Source: Calditrichales bacterium (lineage in GTDB: Bacteria > Calditrichota > Calditrichia > Calditrichales > J004). Taken from it: 64,000 nucleotides of DNA. The stretch spans positions 2,880,001 to 2,944,000 of the forward strand of contig OZ254086.1 in the NCBI GenBank assembly GCA_965267575.1, read 5' to 3'. The notes beneath the pieces are model-generated. The model made no database searches. It had not been told where the DNA came from and saw nothing but the letters and a program-made list of their open reading frames with translations. Made by a program: the position numbers and the translations under genes. Numbering within the stretch: position 1 is the first letter of the stretch; each line of letters opens with the position of its first letter. This document shows, piece after piece, positions 37,651-49,390 of the stretch.

Positions 37651-39312
37651 CTACTTTTTTCTGCGTGATCGTTCATCGACAAACAGAATGCGAAACGCCA
37701 GAACGGCGCCGGTTATTGCGGCGACAAGAAAAAAGAGGATAGCGATGAGCGGATAGCCCAAAACGGTCAGGTTGGTTTCAACGCGCATCATTAGTGCCGC
37801 GCCCACAATAAGTGCCGCCAGGATCATGCCGACTGTAAGCCGGTTGGCGATTTTCTGAAAGCCGGTCATCAGGTAGCGTTCGTCAATGGCATCGACGTGC
37901 AGCTTGAGGCGGTTTCCGGCCAGCAACTCCATTATCTTGCTGAGGCGCGACGGTAGCTGCGTAACAAACTCCTTGCTGTCCAGCAAAACATTCACCGCGC
38001 CATGGGCATTAAGCGATCGTGCCATTTCCCTGCGCATTATTTGCGGGGCGTACTCGCGCACTTCATTGAACGGGTCAAATTCCGGATCGAGCGTTTTGCC
38101 GACCGCGTCGAGATTGAGCATCGCTTTGCCCAGCATGGTCAGCTCATTGGGCATGTTGATGCCGCATTCGTTGGATATTTGTATCACTTCCAGCATCATG
38201 CGCCCCAGCTGCATTTTTTGCAGGGCGCTGTACTGGTGGCGGGTTACAAATTCATTCACGCGGCTCAGCAGTTTTTTTTCGTCGAAATCAACCCGGGGAT
38301 CACCGATGCGTATGGCGTATTGTGCCACGCCTTCGCTGTCCTTTTCGCCAAGGGCCGTTAAAATGCGCGAAAGCTTTTGCTTAAGATGAGGCGCAATAAA
38401 GCCCACCTGTCCAAAGTCGATCAGCGCGATGTGCCCGTGGTCGGTCAAAAAAACGTTGCCGGGGTGCGGGTCGGCGTGGTAGAAACCGTCGCTCATGATC
38501 ATGGTCAGGTAAGCACGGAAAAGCTCGCGGGCCAGTGTTTTGCCATCCAGCCCGTGATAGAGCGTGGGATCGATTTCGGTCACCTTTCTGCCATGCACGA
38601 AATCCATAGTCAGGATTTTGCTGCTGGTAAACCGTTCTACCGGCTCCGGGATTTCGATAAGCCGGAAGTCTTCCAGATTTCTGGCGCAGTGCGCCATATT
38701 TAGCGCCTCCTGGCGGAAGTCCAGCTCGCGCAACAAAGCCCGGCGAAACTCAATGAGCTTGGCGTGGGTCTGAAAATGCTGGCCCAGTTCGGTGTGTTTT
38801 TCCAGGAATTCGGCCGCCTCGCCAAAGGCATCCAGGTCAAGTATGATCTGCTTGCGGATACCCGGACGCTGCACTTTTACGGCCACCTCGCGACCGTCGC
38901 GCATCACCGCGTAGTGGGTCTGGCTCAGTGATGCCGCGGCCAGCGGCTGTTCATCAAATTGGCGGAATGCCTTGCTGATACGCATACCGGTTTCGTCATA
39001 AAAAATGCGTTCCACCTGTTCGTAGCTAAAAGGGTCAACCCGGTCCTGCAAGCGCGTTAGAACGGCCAGGTAGGCCGCGGGCAGCAAATCGGCGCGGGTG
39101 GAGAGAAACTGCCCCAGCTTGATGTAGGTTGGGCCGAGTTTTTCCAGGTCACGGGGCAAATCGGCGATCTCGGTCACGTCCACATCAATGGGTTCGCTTA
39201 CCACGTTATTCAGGCCCAGTTGCCGCGCAATATCCGTGCGACCGTGTTTTATCAGTAACCAGCCCAGGTCGGCATAGCGTTTCAGGTGTTCGGGTCGTAT
39301 GCGAAATGCCAT
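37651..39312 (-). CDS. ABC1/UbiB (AarF) family atypical kinase
   Basis: LGPTYIKLGQFLSTRADL, AAAS, VAVKVQRP, HADPHPGN, DFG; two C-terminal TMs. Confidence 0.92.
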   Translation of the reverse strand: MAFRIRPEHLKRYADLGWLLIKHGRTDIARQLGLNNVVSEPIDVDVTEIADLPRDLEKLGPTYIKLGQFLSTRADLLPAAYLAVLTRLQDRVDPFSYEQVERIFYDETGMRISKAFRQFDEQPLAAASLSQTHYAVMRDGREVAVKVQRPGIRKQIILDLDAFGEAAEFLEKHTELGQHFQTHAKLIEFRRALLRELDFRQEALNMAHCARNLEDFRLIEIPEPVERFTSSKILTMDFVHGRKVTEIDPTLYHGLDGKTLARELFRAYLTMIMSDGFYHADPHPGNVFLTDHGHIALIDFGQVGFIAPHLKQKLSRILTALGEKDSEGVAQYAIRIGDPRVDFDEKKLLSRVNEFVTRHQYSALQKMQLGRMMLEVIQISNECGINMPNELTMLGKAMLNLDAVGKTLDPEFDPFNEVREYAPQIMRREMARSLNAHGAVNVLLDSKEFVTQLPSRLSKIMELLAGNRLKLHVDAIDERYLMTGFQKIANRLTVGMILAALIVGAALMMRVETNLTVLGYPLIAILFFLVAAITGAVLAFRILFVDERSRRKK

Positions 39313-39319
39313 AAAGTTT

Positions 39320-40669
39320 TCAAATATCCTTTAGTTTTAAATTGTGTGAAGATTCGCTTTGCAGTTTGGCGAATGCCTCCATGCTGGAACGCAGTTTGTC
39401 TGCTGCGTGATCCTGCGGGATTTTCAGCTCTTTGTCGTTGATACGATCCAGCTTGTGTAAAACATACTGCACGGTATAGCTCTCTATGTTGTGCGCGGGC
39501 TGATATTGGAAAACGTAATCAGCGTTGTTGTTTTGCACGCGGCTTACCAGACCGCCTTCGACAAGGTCCTGCACAAGATCGCGCACCAGCTTTACCGGAA
39601 TACCGCTGGAATCGGCCAGCTGCTCGTCATCGGGCGGCGCCTCCTTCTCCTGGAAGGCTTTAACGATCTTCTGGCAAAGCAACAGCGAAAGCAGCTTCCT
39701 GTTGAAATGGTTCAGGTCGCGCGTACGCACTTCCTGCGTGTAAGTGCGAACATTCTGGATGGAGAAGGCCAGCTCCCCGCCAAACAAGACAATCGACCAG
39801 CTTATCTGCAGCCAGATGAGGAACAGCGGTATGGCCGCAAAACTGCCGTAAATGGCGTTATTGCGCGACACCCCGATCTGGAATTCCAAATACAGCCATT
39901 GCGTAAGCTGGTAAATCGTACCGGCGATGATGGCCGCATAAATGGCCGGCATGATGTTGACGCGCGTGTTGGGCATAAACAGGTAGATCAGGAAAAAGAG
40001 TACCCAGATCAATGAATATGGAGCGGCCTTGAGCAGAAACAAGACAAACGGGCCGTAAAGCGCCGATAGCGGCAGATTCTGGATGACTTCGGCCAGTCGC
40101 GCAGTTATAAGCAGCGTGAGACTACTGGAAATGATAAACAACAGCGGGCCGATGATCACAATCGCCAGGTAATCCGTGAATTTGCGCAGCCAGGAGCGTG
40201 CGGTTTTTATATTCCATATCTGGTTGAACGATTCTTCAATGTTGCTCATTACCTTGATGACCGTCCAGACCAGAATGGCCACGCCGACGCCGGCAATGAT
40301 GCCGCCTGGCATATTTTCCAGCAGCGAGTTGGCAAAAGTTAGCACCTGGGTGATTACTTCCTGGTGCTCGGGCAGTGTTTCGCGTAAACGTGTTTTAAGC
40401 ACGCTCTGAATGCCGAAGCCTTTGGCAATGCCCAGCACCATGGCCATAACGGGAACAAGAGAGAGCAGGGTGTAAAAAGTAAGCGCCGATGCCCGCAGCG
40501 AGCCGTTGTCTTTTATAAAGCCGCGCAGGGCCAATACCAGTATGCGCAGGCGATAAAGCAGCCAGGCGCGCCCCCTGGAAAAATCGGCAAGACTAATTTT
40601 CCAGATATCGTATTTGATAAAATGGATCAATTTGTCGATTTTCTGATCAATCCCGGCCACGAAGTGCAA
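39320..40669 (-). CDS. YihY/BrkB family membrane protein with C-terminal winged-helix-like region
   Basis: ASALTFYTLLSLVP, YGSFAAIPLFLIWLQISW; start may be GTG 40660. Confidence 0.88.
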   Translation of the reverse strand: MHFVAGIDQKIDKLIHFIKYDIWKISLADFSRGRAWLLYRLRILVLALRGFIKDNGSLRASALTFYTLLSLVPVMAMVLGIAKGFGIQSVLKTRLRETLPEHQEVITQVLTFANSLLENMPGGIIAGVGVAILVWTVIKVMSNIEESFNQIWNIKTARSWLRKFTDYLAIVIIGPLLFIISSSLTLLITARLAEVIQNLPLSALYGPFVLFLLKAAPYSLIWVLFFLIYLFMPNTRVNIMPAIYAAIIAGTIYQLTQWLYLEFQIGVSRNNAIYGSFAAIPLFLIWLQISWSIVLFGGELAFSIQNVRTYTQEVRTRDLNHFNRKLLSLLLCQKIVKAFQEKEAPPDDEQLADSSGIPVKLVRDLVQDLVEGGLVSRVQNNNADYVFQYQPAHNIESYTVQYVLHKLDRINDKELKIPQDHAADKLRSSMEAFAKLQSESSHNLKLKDI

Positions 40670-40794
40670 CTCCTGAAAAAGGTGTTAAGTAAAGTAAAAA
40701 CAAACACAACCAAATCAATAATAGGTTCCCAGCCTGTTATGGTTTGTAACTTAATTAACAGAAGCCTAAAGAGCATATACCCTTTAATAGATTT

Positions 40795-42627
40795 ATGAAA
40801 TCGCGCCCATCAAACGTAAAACATAGTTTGCTCTATCCGATTGTCTTGCTGCTTTGTTCAGGCCTGTTCGCGCAGGAAAATTTTAAGGTGCGCGATTTGG
40901 AGATAGACGGTAACGAGACGCTTTCCGAAAAAAGGCTCCTGGAGCAAATGGCCACCATAGGGGTGAGCTTTCTGGAAGAATACATTCTTGGTGTGGAACC
41001 TTACTATTATAGCTCGGACATCATGAATGCCGACCTGGAGCGGCTTAACAATCTTTACCGGCGCGAAGGCTTTATGGATGCGGCGGTAACGCTGGAACGA
41101 CTGGAAGCTGACAATGAAGATGAAACCGTAGAGGTTTTTATAAGCATACAGGAAGGGCCGCCGTTCCTGGTCGATTCCGTTTATTTCCGTTTAACGGGCG
41201 ACAGTATGCGCGCCGACAGCCTTGTCCTTGAAAACCGCGACGAGCTGATTGCCAGGGAAGGCTCACGATTCCGTGACCCAGATATCGACAGGGACAAAGG
41301 GCGCATAAAAACCTGGCTGGCCAATAACGGATACGCCGCCGCCACCGTTGATTATGTGCTTTTCCCGGACCGCGAAAGGCGCCGGGTACGGGTAGCCTGG
41401 AACGTAAGTACCGGGCCGATTTACCGCTTTGGTGAAATTACCATTGAGGGTAATGAGCGCATCCCGGATGCGCTGATAAAGAAACAGCTCGTACTGGAAC
41501 CCGGTGAACGCTATAACCGCAGCTTAATCGAAAAATCGCAGGAGCAGGTCTACCAGCTTGGTGTGTTCAGCGTGGCGTCCATCCGCGAGTTGCCCGATTC
41601 CACCAACAAGCTGCGTGTACCCGTGGAGATCAGCATCCGTGAGGCGCCGCAATGGCGTTCCAAGCTGGGCGTTGGTTATGGCCGCGAGGATGATTTCCGG
41701 GTTTTTTCCGATTTGCGCTATCTCGGCTTTTTTGGCGGCGCAAGGCGGCTGGACATTTACCTGAAACATTCCGGCCTGGAGCCTTATCATATCGACCTTA
41801 AAATGACCAGACCGGCCTTTTTTACCCCGCGTACAAATCTGGTTTACAACGCTTTTGCCCTGCGCCAGGAAGAGCCGGGCTTCCGGCTGAACCGTACCGG
41901 TGGCAGCGCCGGTCTTGTACACCGTTTTACAAACCGTTTCAGCATCTCCTCCAGCTATCTTTTCGAGCAGGTCGATCTCGATACAACCTCGCTGGCCCTG
42001 GTTGAACAAAACCGGGTCGGCAGCACACCGTTGTACAACAAATCCAGTATTATTGCCGGTGTGGACTTTAATGATGCCACGCCGTTGGTGTCTCCGGTGC
42101 GGGGCCTAAAGCTCTCCGCGGTTGTTAAGCTCAGCGGGCTCGGTCTGGGAAGCTCGTATGATTTCCGCCGCCTTATGACGGATCTGCGCTACTACCGTCC
42201 CCTAAACGGCGCGGTACTGGCCATGCGTCTAAAAGCGGGTGCGATCGTATCCGGCGACCCCGGCGGCTTTGTTCCGGTGGAAGACCGCTTTTTTTCCGGT
42301 GGCAGCCAATCCGTTCGCGGCTGGCTGCGCGGCAAGCTGGGGCCGCTGTCTAAAGAAGGCGTGCCTGTTGGCGGAAAAAGCCTGTTGGAGTTCAGCGCCG
42401 AATACCGTTTCCCCGTGTATAGCATTGTTTCCGCCGTGGCTTTTCTGGATGGCGGCAACGTCTGGTCGCAAAGCCTGACCTGGCCGGCGGCAGAGTTGCG
42501 CTATGCCGCGGGCGGCGGGCTGCGCGTGGAATCTCCCATCGGTCCGGTGCGCCTGGACCTGGCCCGGCCCGTGTGGGACAACCGCAGGCACTGGCAGGTA
42601 CATATTAGCGTGGGGCAGGCATTCTGA
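40795..42627 (+). CDS. Omp85/TamA-family outer membrane protein
   Basis: Three POTRA-like repeats, RFFSGGSQSVRGW, SPIGPVRLD, terminal GQAF. Confidence 0.9.
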   Translation: MKSRPSNVKHSLLYPIVLLLCSGLFAQENFKVRDLEIDGNETLSEKRLLEQMATIGVSFLEEYILGVEPYYYSSDIMNADLERLNNLYRREGFMDAAVTLERLEADNEDETVEVFISIQEGPPFLVDSVYFRLTGDSMRADSLVLENRDELIAREGSRFRDPDIDRDKGRIKTWLANNGYAAATVDYVLFPDRERRRVRVAWNVSTGPIYRFGEITIEGNERIPDALIKKQLVLEPGERYNRSLIEKSQEQVYQLGVFSVASIRELPDSTNKLRVPVEISIREAPQWRSKLGVGYGREDDFRVFSDLRYLGFFGGARRLDIYLKHSGLEPYHIDLKMTRPAFFTPRTNLVYNAFALRQEEPGFRLNRTGGSAGLVHRFTNRFSISSSYLFEQVDLDTTSLALVEQNRVGSTPLYNKSSIIAGVDFNDATPLVSPVRGLKLSAVVKLSGLGLGSSYDFRRLMTDLRYYRPLNGAVLAMRLKAGAIVSGDPGGFVPVEDRFFSGGSQSVRGWLRGKLGPLSKEGVPVGGKSLLEFSAEYRFPVYSIVSAVAFLDGGNVWSQSLTWPAAELRYAAGGGLRVESPIGPVRLDLARPVWDNRRHWQVHISVGQAF

Positions 42628-45600
42628 TGAAACGCGCCCTCACAATATTTACGATCGTAATTACGGCTTTTATTGTTTTGCTGCTGGCCCTGCTGGCATT
42701 TACGCAAACCTCCGTCTTCCGCGATTATGTACGCGGGCAGGTTGAGCAACAGGTAAACGATCGCATTAACGGAAAGCTGGAGATCGGAAGCCTGCACGGT
42801 TCCTTTTTCAATGATCTGGAAGTGCGTGACCTGCGATTGACCATGCAGCAGGACACGCTGCTGACATTCCGGCGGCTTTACCTGGCCTATAACCTATGGC
42901 CGCTGCTGGCGTCAACCATTGAGATCGGGGCGATTGAGCTTGGACAGCCCGCTGTCTATTTATGGCGGCACGATCAAAAATGGAATTTTCAGCAACTGTT
43001 TCCGGCGCAACCCGATACAACTCCCGATACAACCGCACAGCCCTTCGACTGGCGCGTTGTTTTGGGCCGCGCGCACATTAGTGACGGCGCACTGACGATC
43101 AGCATGGCCGATTCCATTGAGCCTACACGCATTGCCGACCTGCAACTGCACACGGCGCTGCAATACGCTGCCGACAGCATGCGCCTCGATCTGCGCCATT
43201 TTTCATTTAATAGCAGTCAGCCGGCCTTCCGCCTGGATACGCTGAAAGGAAGCCTGAGCCTGCGCGACAGCCTGTTGGACCTGCGCGGATGGCGATTTGT
43301 AAGCGCGGCCAATAAGGCCGTTTTCAGCGGGAACACGGAAACGGAAAACTACCACGGCAATCTCAGGCTGGCAACGCGGCCGCTGCGGGCGGCGGAGTTC
43401 AGCTTTGTGTTGCCGGATCTGCAACTGAAGGCACAACCCACGTTGCAGCTCAAGGCCGATTCGCGTGCTGACAGCCTGCTGCTTGCCGCCGACCTCAACT
43501 GGCAGGGGCAGCATATTTACCTGGACGCCCGCTTAACCGCGTTACAGCAGTGGCTGGAAGAAGACGGTCAACGGGCCTACGCGCTGTCCCTGCGCCTGGA
43601 AAAATTCCGTCTGCGCGACTGGCTGGCGGGTGACATGCCCCGGCTTATACTGAACGGCGCGCTCGGTCTGAACGGCAACGGGCTCGATCCGCAAACAGCC
43701 CGGGCCTCGTTGCGGGCCGGACTTACAAACAGCCGTTTCGAAAAATATGCCATCAATCAGGCGCAGCTGGAAGGCGACTGGCAGGCCGGCAACGCGCGCA
43801 TTGAAGGGGGCATTACAACACCCGTTGGCAGCGTAAAAGGCAGCGGGTCGGTCAGTGAATTTTTCGAAAAGCCGCTTTACGGCCTGGACGTGCGTTTGCG
43901 CAACCTTGATCTTGCGGGTATTACCGGTAATGACACGCTGAACAGTGACCTCAATTTTACGATGCGGGCTCGCGGCAGCGGTAACAGTCCTGAAAACCTT
44001 GATGCCAGCGCCGAAATATTCATGAACCGCTCGCGCATGGACACACTCTGGCTGGACAGCCTGTACACCATCGCCCATCTGCGCCGCAATCAGCTTACGC
44101 TGGACACGCTGATGCTTAATACAGCCGAAATGAAAGCGCAGGGTTCGGGCGCGTTCAATCTAAAAACAAAGGCTATGACCGCCTCGGCGTTGCTGACACC
44201 GGGCAATCTTAAAATAACGCGCAAAATCATCGGGGCGGATTCGCTTTCCGCTGCCGGACAGCTAATGGTAAATGCCTCAGGACGCACGGATTCGCTGTGG
44301 CTGGATACGCAGGCGCGTTTGTCCGCTCTGCGCTTTAACGACCTCGCCGCAGATTCCATCCGCCAGACAGGGCGCTTTTTCCTGGGTGACACGCTCTCCG
44401 GTGAAACGCAACTGGCTGCATCGGGGCTGGGTTTTCAGGACAGGCAGGTTGATCGTCTCGCCGGCGATCTCCGTTTTGCCGGCCGGACCGCACACCTCGC
44501 GCTTGATGTGCAATACAGCGACAGCATCCGCGCTGATGTGGCGGCATCGGTCCACGGCGATTCATTGCTTTTTGTCGATCTGGAGCGATTGCAACTGCAG
44601 TTGTACAAGGAGCTATGGCAGCTTAAACATGCACCCGCCCGCTTTACTATCGCAGCGGATACGATGTTTTCCGTGGATAGCCTGCACTGGTCTAATCGCA
44701 GCGGCGCCGAAATAAGGCTGGCGGGGGTATACAGACCTATCGGCGATCTGGATCTGCGGCTGTTTATCAATGACCTGTCTTTGCAAAGAATGTCGCAGCT
44801 GAGTCCGCGTCCGCTGGGAACGCGCGGTTTGCTGGACCTGCAGGCCAGACTTGCAGGTACGCTGCAAAAGCCGCTGCTTAAGGGGCGCGTAACCCTGCAC
44901 GACGGCGGCTATGAAACCTTTTCGTTCAACGCGCTTAAGGCCCGCTTTGATATCGGTGAAGAGCAGCGTTTCAACCTGGAGGGCGCTTTTATGCCCGTTC
45001 AGAACGACAGCGTCACTTTATCACTGGAACTGCCCCTGAATTTTGCCGCGGCGGACAGCGCTTCAGTCATCTCGCGTGATGAGCCCTTCCGCATGCGCCT
45101 TTACGCCGGCAGATTTTCCATGAGATACGTGGAGGAAATGACGCCCTGGCTAAAAAAAGGCAAGGGCAGCCTGGCTTTCGATATAAGCGCTTCAAACACC
45201 CTGAACGACCCGAAAGTGGACGGCTTTTTCCGTGTAAACAGCGCGGCCGTGGAAGTGCCCCGCTACGGGCTAAACTATCGCAAAATTGATATGGACCTGC
45301 GTCTCAATGAAAAGGGCATTGATCTTAGCCAGCTAAAGATTGATCAGGAGAAGGGCGGCCTGAAGATAAGCGGCAATGTGCAATTTGATGAAGGCATTTT
45401 CTCCGGACGGCTCAGCCGCTTAAAGCTCGACGTAAACGCCGATCGTTTCTGGCTTGTGCGCCATCCGGATTATGAAGCGCAGATAAGCGGCAAAGTAAAC
45501 GCGTCGGGTACGGCTGAACAGCCGCAGTTCTCCGGCGCCGTAACGGTAAACCGCTCCCGTTTTTTCCTGCCCGCGCTCACCGGGAAACGCCCCGGCGCAA

Positions 45601-46496
45601 GCACCGATGATCTGAACACACCAAAGCTGGTAAGGGCGATAAACCGCCAGGAGGAGGGGCAGGCATCTCCAACCCAAAAAATTACTCCGGATACCACACG
45701 GCAGGAGAGCGTGTTTTGGAAAAAAACAAGGGGCACGCTGCAGCTTTCGATTCCCCGCAATACGTGGGTTAAAAGCCCGGATATGCGTCTGGAAATCGCC
45801 GGTAGCCTGGAGCTGGTGAAAAACGGTCCTACACCGGAACTGTTTGGCCCCATCGAGATTATGCGCGGCCACTACGATCTGCTCGGGAGGCGCTTTAATA
45901 TCCGCGAGGGCCGGCTGATATTTCAGGGTGGCGGCGAATACAATCCGGAAGTGACCTTAAAGGCCGATTACAGTTTCAGGACAGCGGAGCGGGAAAAGAA
46001 ACTGCTGATATTGGAAGTGGAAGGGCGCGTCAATCAACCGCAGCTTTCGTTTACAATGGAAGGCCGCAATATCACGGAAGGCGACGCCATGGCCTACCTG
46101 CTGTTTGGCCGCAGCCTGTCCGAGCTTTCCTATGGCCAGCAGTCGCAACTTGCCGGCACGTCATCCGGCGGCGAGGGCAACCTGGCCCGGGGACTGGCCA
46201 CCGGCCTGATCAGCCAGCAGATTGCCCAAACCGTGGGGCAGGAGCTGAACCTGGACTATTTTGAGATCCGCTCGCAGGGTAACCTGCAGGGTGCCGCTTT
46301 TGTCGTTGGAAAATATATCACCAATGATCTTTTTATGAGCTATGAGAGAAGCGTCGGCAGTATCGATGAAGATGATGTGGCCGACCAGAAAGTGACCCTT
46401 GAGTACGAGCTGACCCGCTGGCTCTTTTTGCAGTTGATTGAGGGCGATTCCCGCGAGAGCGGCTTTGACCTGATATTTCGCCAGGAGTGGGAATAA
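42627..46496 (+). CDS. TamB-like translocation/assembly protein
   Basis: N-terminal TM anchor, long beta-rich body, DUF490-like end VGKYITNDLFMSYE; TGATG coupling to TamA. Confidence 0.88.
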   Translation: MKRALTIFTIVITAFIVLLLALLAFTQTSVFRDYVRGQVEQQVNDRINGKLEIGSLHGSFFNDLEVRDLRLTMQQDTLLTFRRLYLAYNLWPLLASTIEIGAIELGQPAVYLWRHDQKWNFQQLFPAQPDTTPDTTAQPFDWRVVLGRAHISDGALTISMADSIEPTRIADLQLHTALQYAADSMRLDLRHFSFNSSQPAFRLDTLKGSLSLRDSLLDLRGWRFVSAANKAVFSGNTETENYHGNLRLATRPLRAAEFSFVLPDLQLKAQPTLQLKADSRADSLLLAADLNWQGQHIYLDARLTALQQWLEEDGQRAYALSLRLEKFRLRDWLAGDMPRLILNGALGLNGNGLDPQTARASLRAGLTNSRFEKYAINQAQLEGDWQAGNARIEGGITTPVGSVKGSGSVSEFFEKPLYGLDVRLRNLDLAGITGNDTLNSDLNFTMRARGSGNSPENLDASAEIFMNRSRMDTLWLDSLYTIAHLRRNQLTLDTLMLNTAEMKAQGSGAFNLKTKAMTASALLTPGNLKITRKIIGADSLSAAGQLMVNASGRTDSLWLDTQARLSALRFNDLAADSIRQTGRFFLGDTLSGETQLAASGLGFQDRQVDRLAGDLRFAGRTAHLALDVQYSDSIRADVAASVHGDSLLFVDLERLQLQLYKELWQLKHAPARFTIAADTMFSVDSLHWSNRSGAEIRLAGVYRPIGDLDLRLFINDLSLQRMSQLSPRPLGTRGLLDLQARLAGTLQKPLLKGRVTLHDGGYETFSFNALKARFDIGEEQRFNLEGAFMPVQNDSVTLSLELPLNFAAADSASVISRDEPFRMRLYAGRFSMRYVEEMTPWLKKGKGSLAFDISASNTLNDPKVDGFFRVNSAAVEVPRYGLNYRKIDMDLRLNEKGIDLSQLKIDQEKGGLKISGNVQFDEGIFSGRLSRLKLDVNADRFWLVRHPDYEAQISGKVNASGTAEQPQFSGAVTVNRSRFFLPALTGKRPGASTDDLNTPKLVRAINRQEEGQASPTQKITPDTTRQESVFWKKTRGTLQLSIPRNTWVKSPDMRLEIAGSLELVKNGPTPELFGPIEIMRGHYDLLGRRFNIREGRLIFQGGGEYNPEVTLKADYSFRTAEREKKLLILEVEGRVNQPQLSFTMEGRNITEGDAMAYLLFGRSLSELSYGQQSQLAGTSSGGEGNLARGLATGLISQQIAQTVGQELNLDYFEIRSQGNLQGAAFVVGKYITNDLFMSYERSVGSIDEDDVADQKVTLEYELTRWLFLQLIEGDSRESGFDLIFRQEWE

Positions 46497-46524
46497 AAAA
46501 AGGCAGAGCCACACGGCCCTGCCT
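46496..46524 (-). terminator. Intrinsic terminator
   Basis: AGGCAGAGCC-acac-GGCCCTGCCT with A-run on left. Confidence 0.65.
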
Positions 46525-46561
46525 GTCTACATCGTTGCGGGGAGTTTTTTTGAGAGGTTGT

Positions 46562-49390
46562 TTAACGGCCGTTTCCGAAAACGGCGTCTTCTTCGTAGTC
46601 GTATTCTTCCGCTAGTTCTTCTTTTTCCCCAAGATCAATCTTTACACTCTGGTGCGTCAGCCGGAAGCGGTTCAGCATTGTGTTAAGCCGCGCGGCCTGT
46701 TCCTTTAGCTGTTCCGAAGCGGCCGCACTCTCTTCGGCGGCAGCGGTGTTGGCCTGTGTTACCTTGTCGATCTGTCCAAGGCCCTGCGATATCTGGCTGA
46801 TGCCCTGCGATTGTTCGTTTGTGGCCATGGCTATTTCGTCAATCAGGTCACTCACCTTGGTGATGCCTTCAATAATCTCATCCAGCGCCTGCGCCGTATT
46901 GTTTGCCAGTTTTGTGCCGTTCTCCACTTTGGAGAATGATTCTTCGATGAGCTCTGTGGTTTCGCGGGCAGCCTTGGCGCTTTTTTGGGCCAGGGTGCGC
47001 ACTTCCTCGGCCACAACGGCGAAGCCCTTGCCGTGTACACCGGCACGCGCCGCTTCTACCGCGGCATTAAGCGAAAGCAGATTTGTCTGGAATGCTATCT
47101 CGTCAATGGTCTTGATGATCTTATTAATCTGATCGCTGGATTGCTTGATCTCGTTCATCGCTGCGACCATGCCTTTCATACGGCGGTTGCCGTCATCGGC
47201 CTTGGTTTTCACCTCATTTGATAACTTGTTGGCCTGTCCCGCATTATTGGCGTTCTGCGTGGATTGATTGTCAAATTCGTTAACTGACGCGGTAATTTCT
47301 TCCAGCGAGCTGGCCTGTTCCGTGGCTCCTTGCGAAAGGTTCTGGCTGGCATCGGAAACGTGAACCGAAGACGACCTTACCTGCTCCGTCGTTTCATTTA
47401 CTTCACCGAGAAGCTTGTTCAGGGCGTCAAGCGTTCCGTTCATGGCTTCTTTCATGCGCGCATGGTCGCCCCGGTAATCGCCTTTCAGGTAAGCGGTAAG
47501 ATCGCCTTCCGCCATTTGCGACAAAGCTTCCACCGCTTCATTAACCGGGCGCAGCAGGCTATCGATTGTATTGTTGAAGCCGGCGATAATTTCGCGGTAG
47601 CCGCCTTTAAATTTAGCGCTGTCGCCGCGTTTGGAAAGCTCGCCGTTTTCGGCGGCCCGGGCCAGGGAGGTGCCTTCTTCAATAAGCGCCTGCAGGTTTT
47701 TCTTGATACTTGCCAGGCTGTCAGTAAAAACGATCTGTTTGCCGGGCAGAATGCGCATATCGCGGCTAAGGTCACCGTCAGCATAGCTGCGCAATATATC
47801 GATGCCCTCAATCATCGGATTGATTACGGCGTCAAGCGCTTTGTTAATGCCGTCCAGCAGGTTGGCATATTCGCCTTCAAAGCCTTCGGAATTGCAGCGT
47901 TTGTCCGTATCGCCATCACGCTGTGCGTCAATGGTTATGCTGATCTCTTTTTTCATGGACATCAGGCTTTCCTTCATCTGCACCATAGCCTGGCCCAGAA
48001 CATCCACCCGGGATGCCACATTGATTTCCACCTCAAGGTTGCCGCGGGCAATCTCCCGGGCTTGTTCCGCTTTGGCCTTTTGCGCTTTAAGCATGGTTCG
48101 GAAAGAATTGGCCAACTGACCCGTCTCATCCGTTGATTCATGTTCTATTTCAAGATCAAGGTTGCCCACGGCCAGCGCATCAGCCACTTCGGTCATGCGC
48201 TCAATTGGTCTTGCCATACGGTTGCCAAAAAAGTAAGCCAAAGCGACTCCCAAGGCCAAAACGGCCAAACCACCAATTACGGACCACCATAAGAGCCCGG
48301 TTAATGAGGCATCTACACGCTCCACGGCAACGAGGTAATCATCCTCGTATGTACCGGCGCCTATTACCCAGTCCCATGGTTCAAAATAGGTGATAGCAGA
48401 AATTTTCCAGCGGGCCTCCTCTTCGCCTTTATTCTTCCACGGGTAGCGCTCAAAAGCAACCTCGTCCCCGCTTAAAGTTTGTGCTTTCTCTACAATGGAC
48501 TGTATGAAAAGTCTACCGTCGGCATCCTTTGCTTCATAAATGTTTTCACCATCCCTTAGGCCGTTTTTGGAAATAATATATTTTCCTTTTTCATTTCCCG
48601 ATCCGCCAAGCACAAAAACGTAGCCGGTTTTGCCTACAGTGGTTTTCATTATCGCCTGGCGCAGGCTCTCTACTGCTTCCTGCTTAATGCCTACATAGAT
48701 AATACCAATAACCCGTCCAGACGAGTCCTTGATCGGTTTATAAGCTGTAAGATACCAGGCATTTACGACAAAAGCGCGGCCACGAAAGGTGCTGCCACCC
48801 AGGACAGTTTTTACCACGGGATTCGCCGTTCCATCCGGGTTAACAGCAGGTATATATGTTCCTATTGCACGCGTGCCATCAAGTTTTTCGACATTTGTTG
48901 CCACACGCAGCATATCGCCGGCCTCATTCATGCGCTGGAATATGGTTACGGTGCCCCCAACCAGCGACTTTATTTCATCCACCACCGGAACTTCTTCGCC
49001 GATTGCGCGCACCTGGCCCAGCCACTTGCTCCCGGCATTCATTCGCGGCAGTGTCACGCTGGACACATTTTCCGTATATTGATTGACCGCTTGCCACTCT
49101 GTTTGCCATTGCGAGAGGCGCAGTCCGCCATACTTATTTAGGATTTCATCAGCAACATTGAGACTGTAATTTACCTGTTGTTGAATAAGCGCGTTGCTGG
49201 TTTCGCACAGATTATAGATGTCCTTGCTTATGGCTGCAACGTTTTCGTGAGACAAGTCATCCATTTCTTGCATTACCTGTTTATCTACAATATTGCGCTG
49301 AATGGCAATAAGCACGAGAATAATTGCAACGGGCAAAAATGCTGCCAGGGCTGACAGAAAAATAATCTTGTGTTTAATTTTTAATTGCAT
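46562..49390 (-). CDS. Methyl-accepting chemotaxis protein (Cache sensor, multiple HAMP)
   Basis: Two TMs, TIFQRMN...RVATNV Cache region, [20 protein letters not shown] signalling core; start trimmed to ATG 49390. Confidence 0.93.
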   Translation of the reverse strand: MQLKIKHKIIFLSALAAFLPVAIILVLIAIQRNIVDKQVMQEMDDLSHENVAAISKDIYNLCETSNALIQQQVNYSLNVADEILNKYGGLRLSQWQTEWQAVNQYTENVSSVTLPRMNAGSKWLGQVRAIGEEVPVVDEIKSLVGGTVTIFQRMNEAGDMLRVATNVEKLDGTRAIGTYIPAVNPDGTANPVVKTVLGGSTFRGRAFVVNAWYLTAYKPIKDSSGRVIGIIYVGIKQEAVESLRQAIMKTTVGKTGYVFVLGGSGNEKGKYIISKNGLRDGENIYEAKDADGRLFIQSIVEKAQTLSGDEVAFERYPWKNKGEEEARWKISAITYFEPWDWVIGAGTYEDDYLVAVERVDASLTGLLWWSVIGGLAVLALGVALAYFFGNRMARPIERMTEVADALAVGNLDLEIEHESTDETGQLANSFRTMLKAQKAKAEQAREIARGNLEVEINVASRVDVLGQAMVQMKESLMSMKKEISITIDAQRDGDTDKRCNSEGFEGEYANLLDGINKALDAVINPMIEGIDILRSYADGDLSRDMRILPGKQIVFTDSLASIKKNLQALIEEGTSLARAAENGELSKRGDSAKFKGGYREIIAGFNNTIDSLLRPVNEAVEALSQMAEGDLTAYLKGDYRGDHARMKEAMNGTLDALNKLLGEVNETTEQVRSSSVHVSDASQNLSQGATEQASSLEEITASVNEFDNQSTQNANNAGQANKLSNEVKTKADDGNRRMKGMVAAMNEIKQSSDQINKIIKTIDEIAFQTNLLSLNAAVEAARAGVHGKGFAVVAEEVRTLAQKSAKAARETTELIEESFSKVENGTKLANNTAQALDEIIEGITKVSDLIDEIAMATNEQSQGISQISQGLGQIDKVTQANTAAAEESAAASEQLKEQAARLNTMLNRFRLTHQSVKIDLGEKEELAEEYDYEEDAVFGNGR

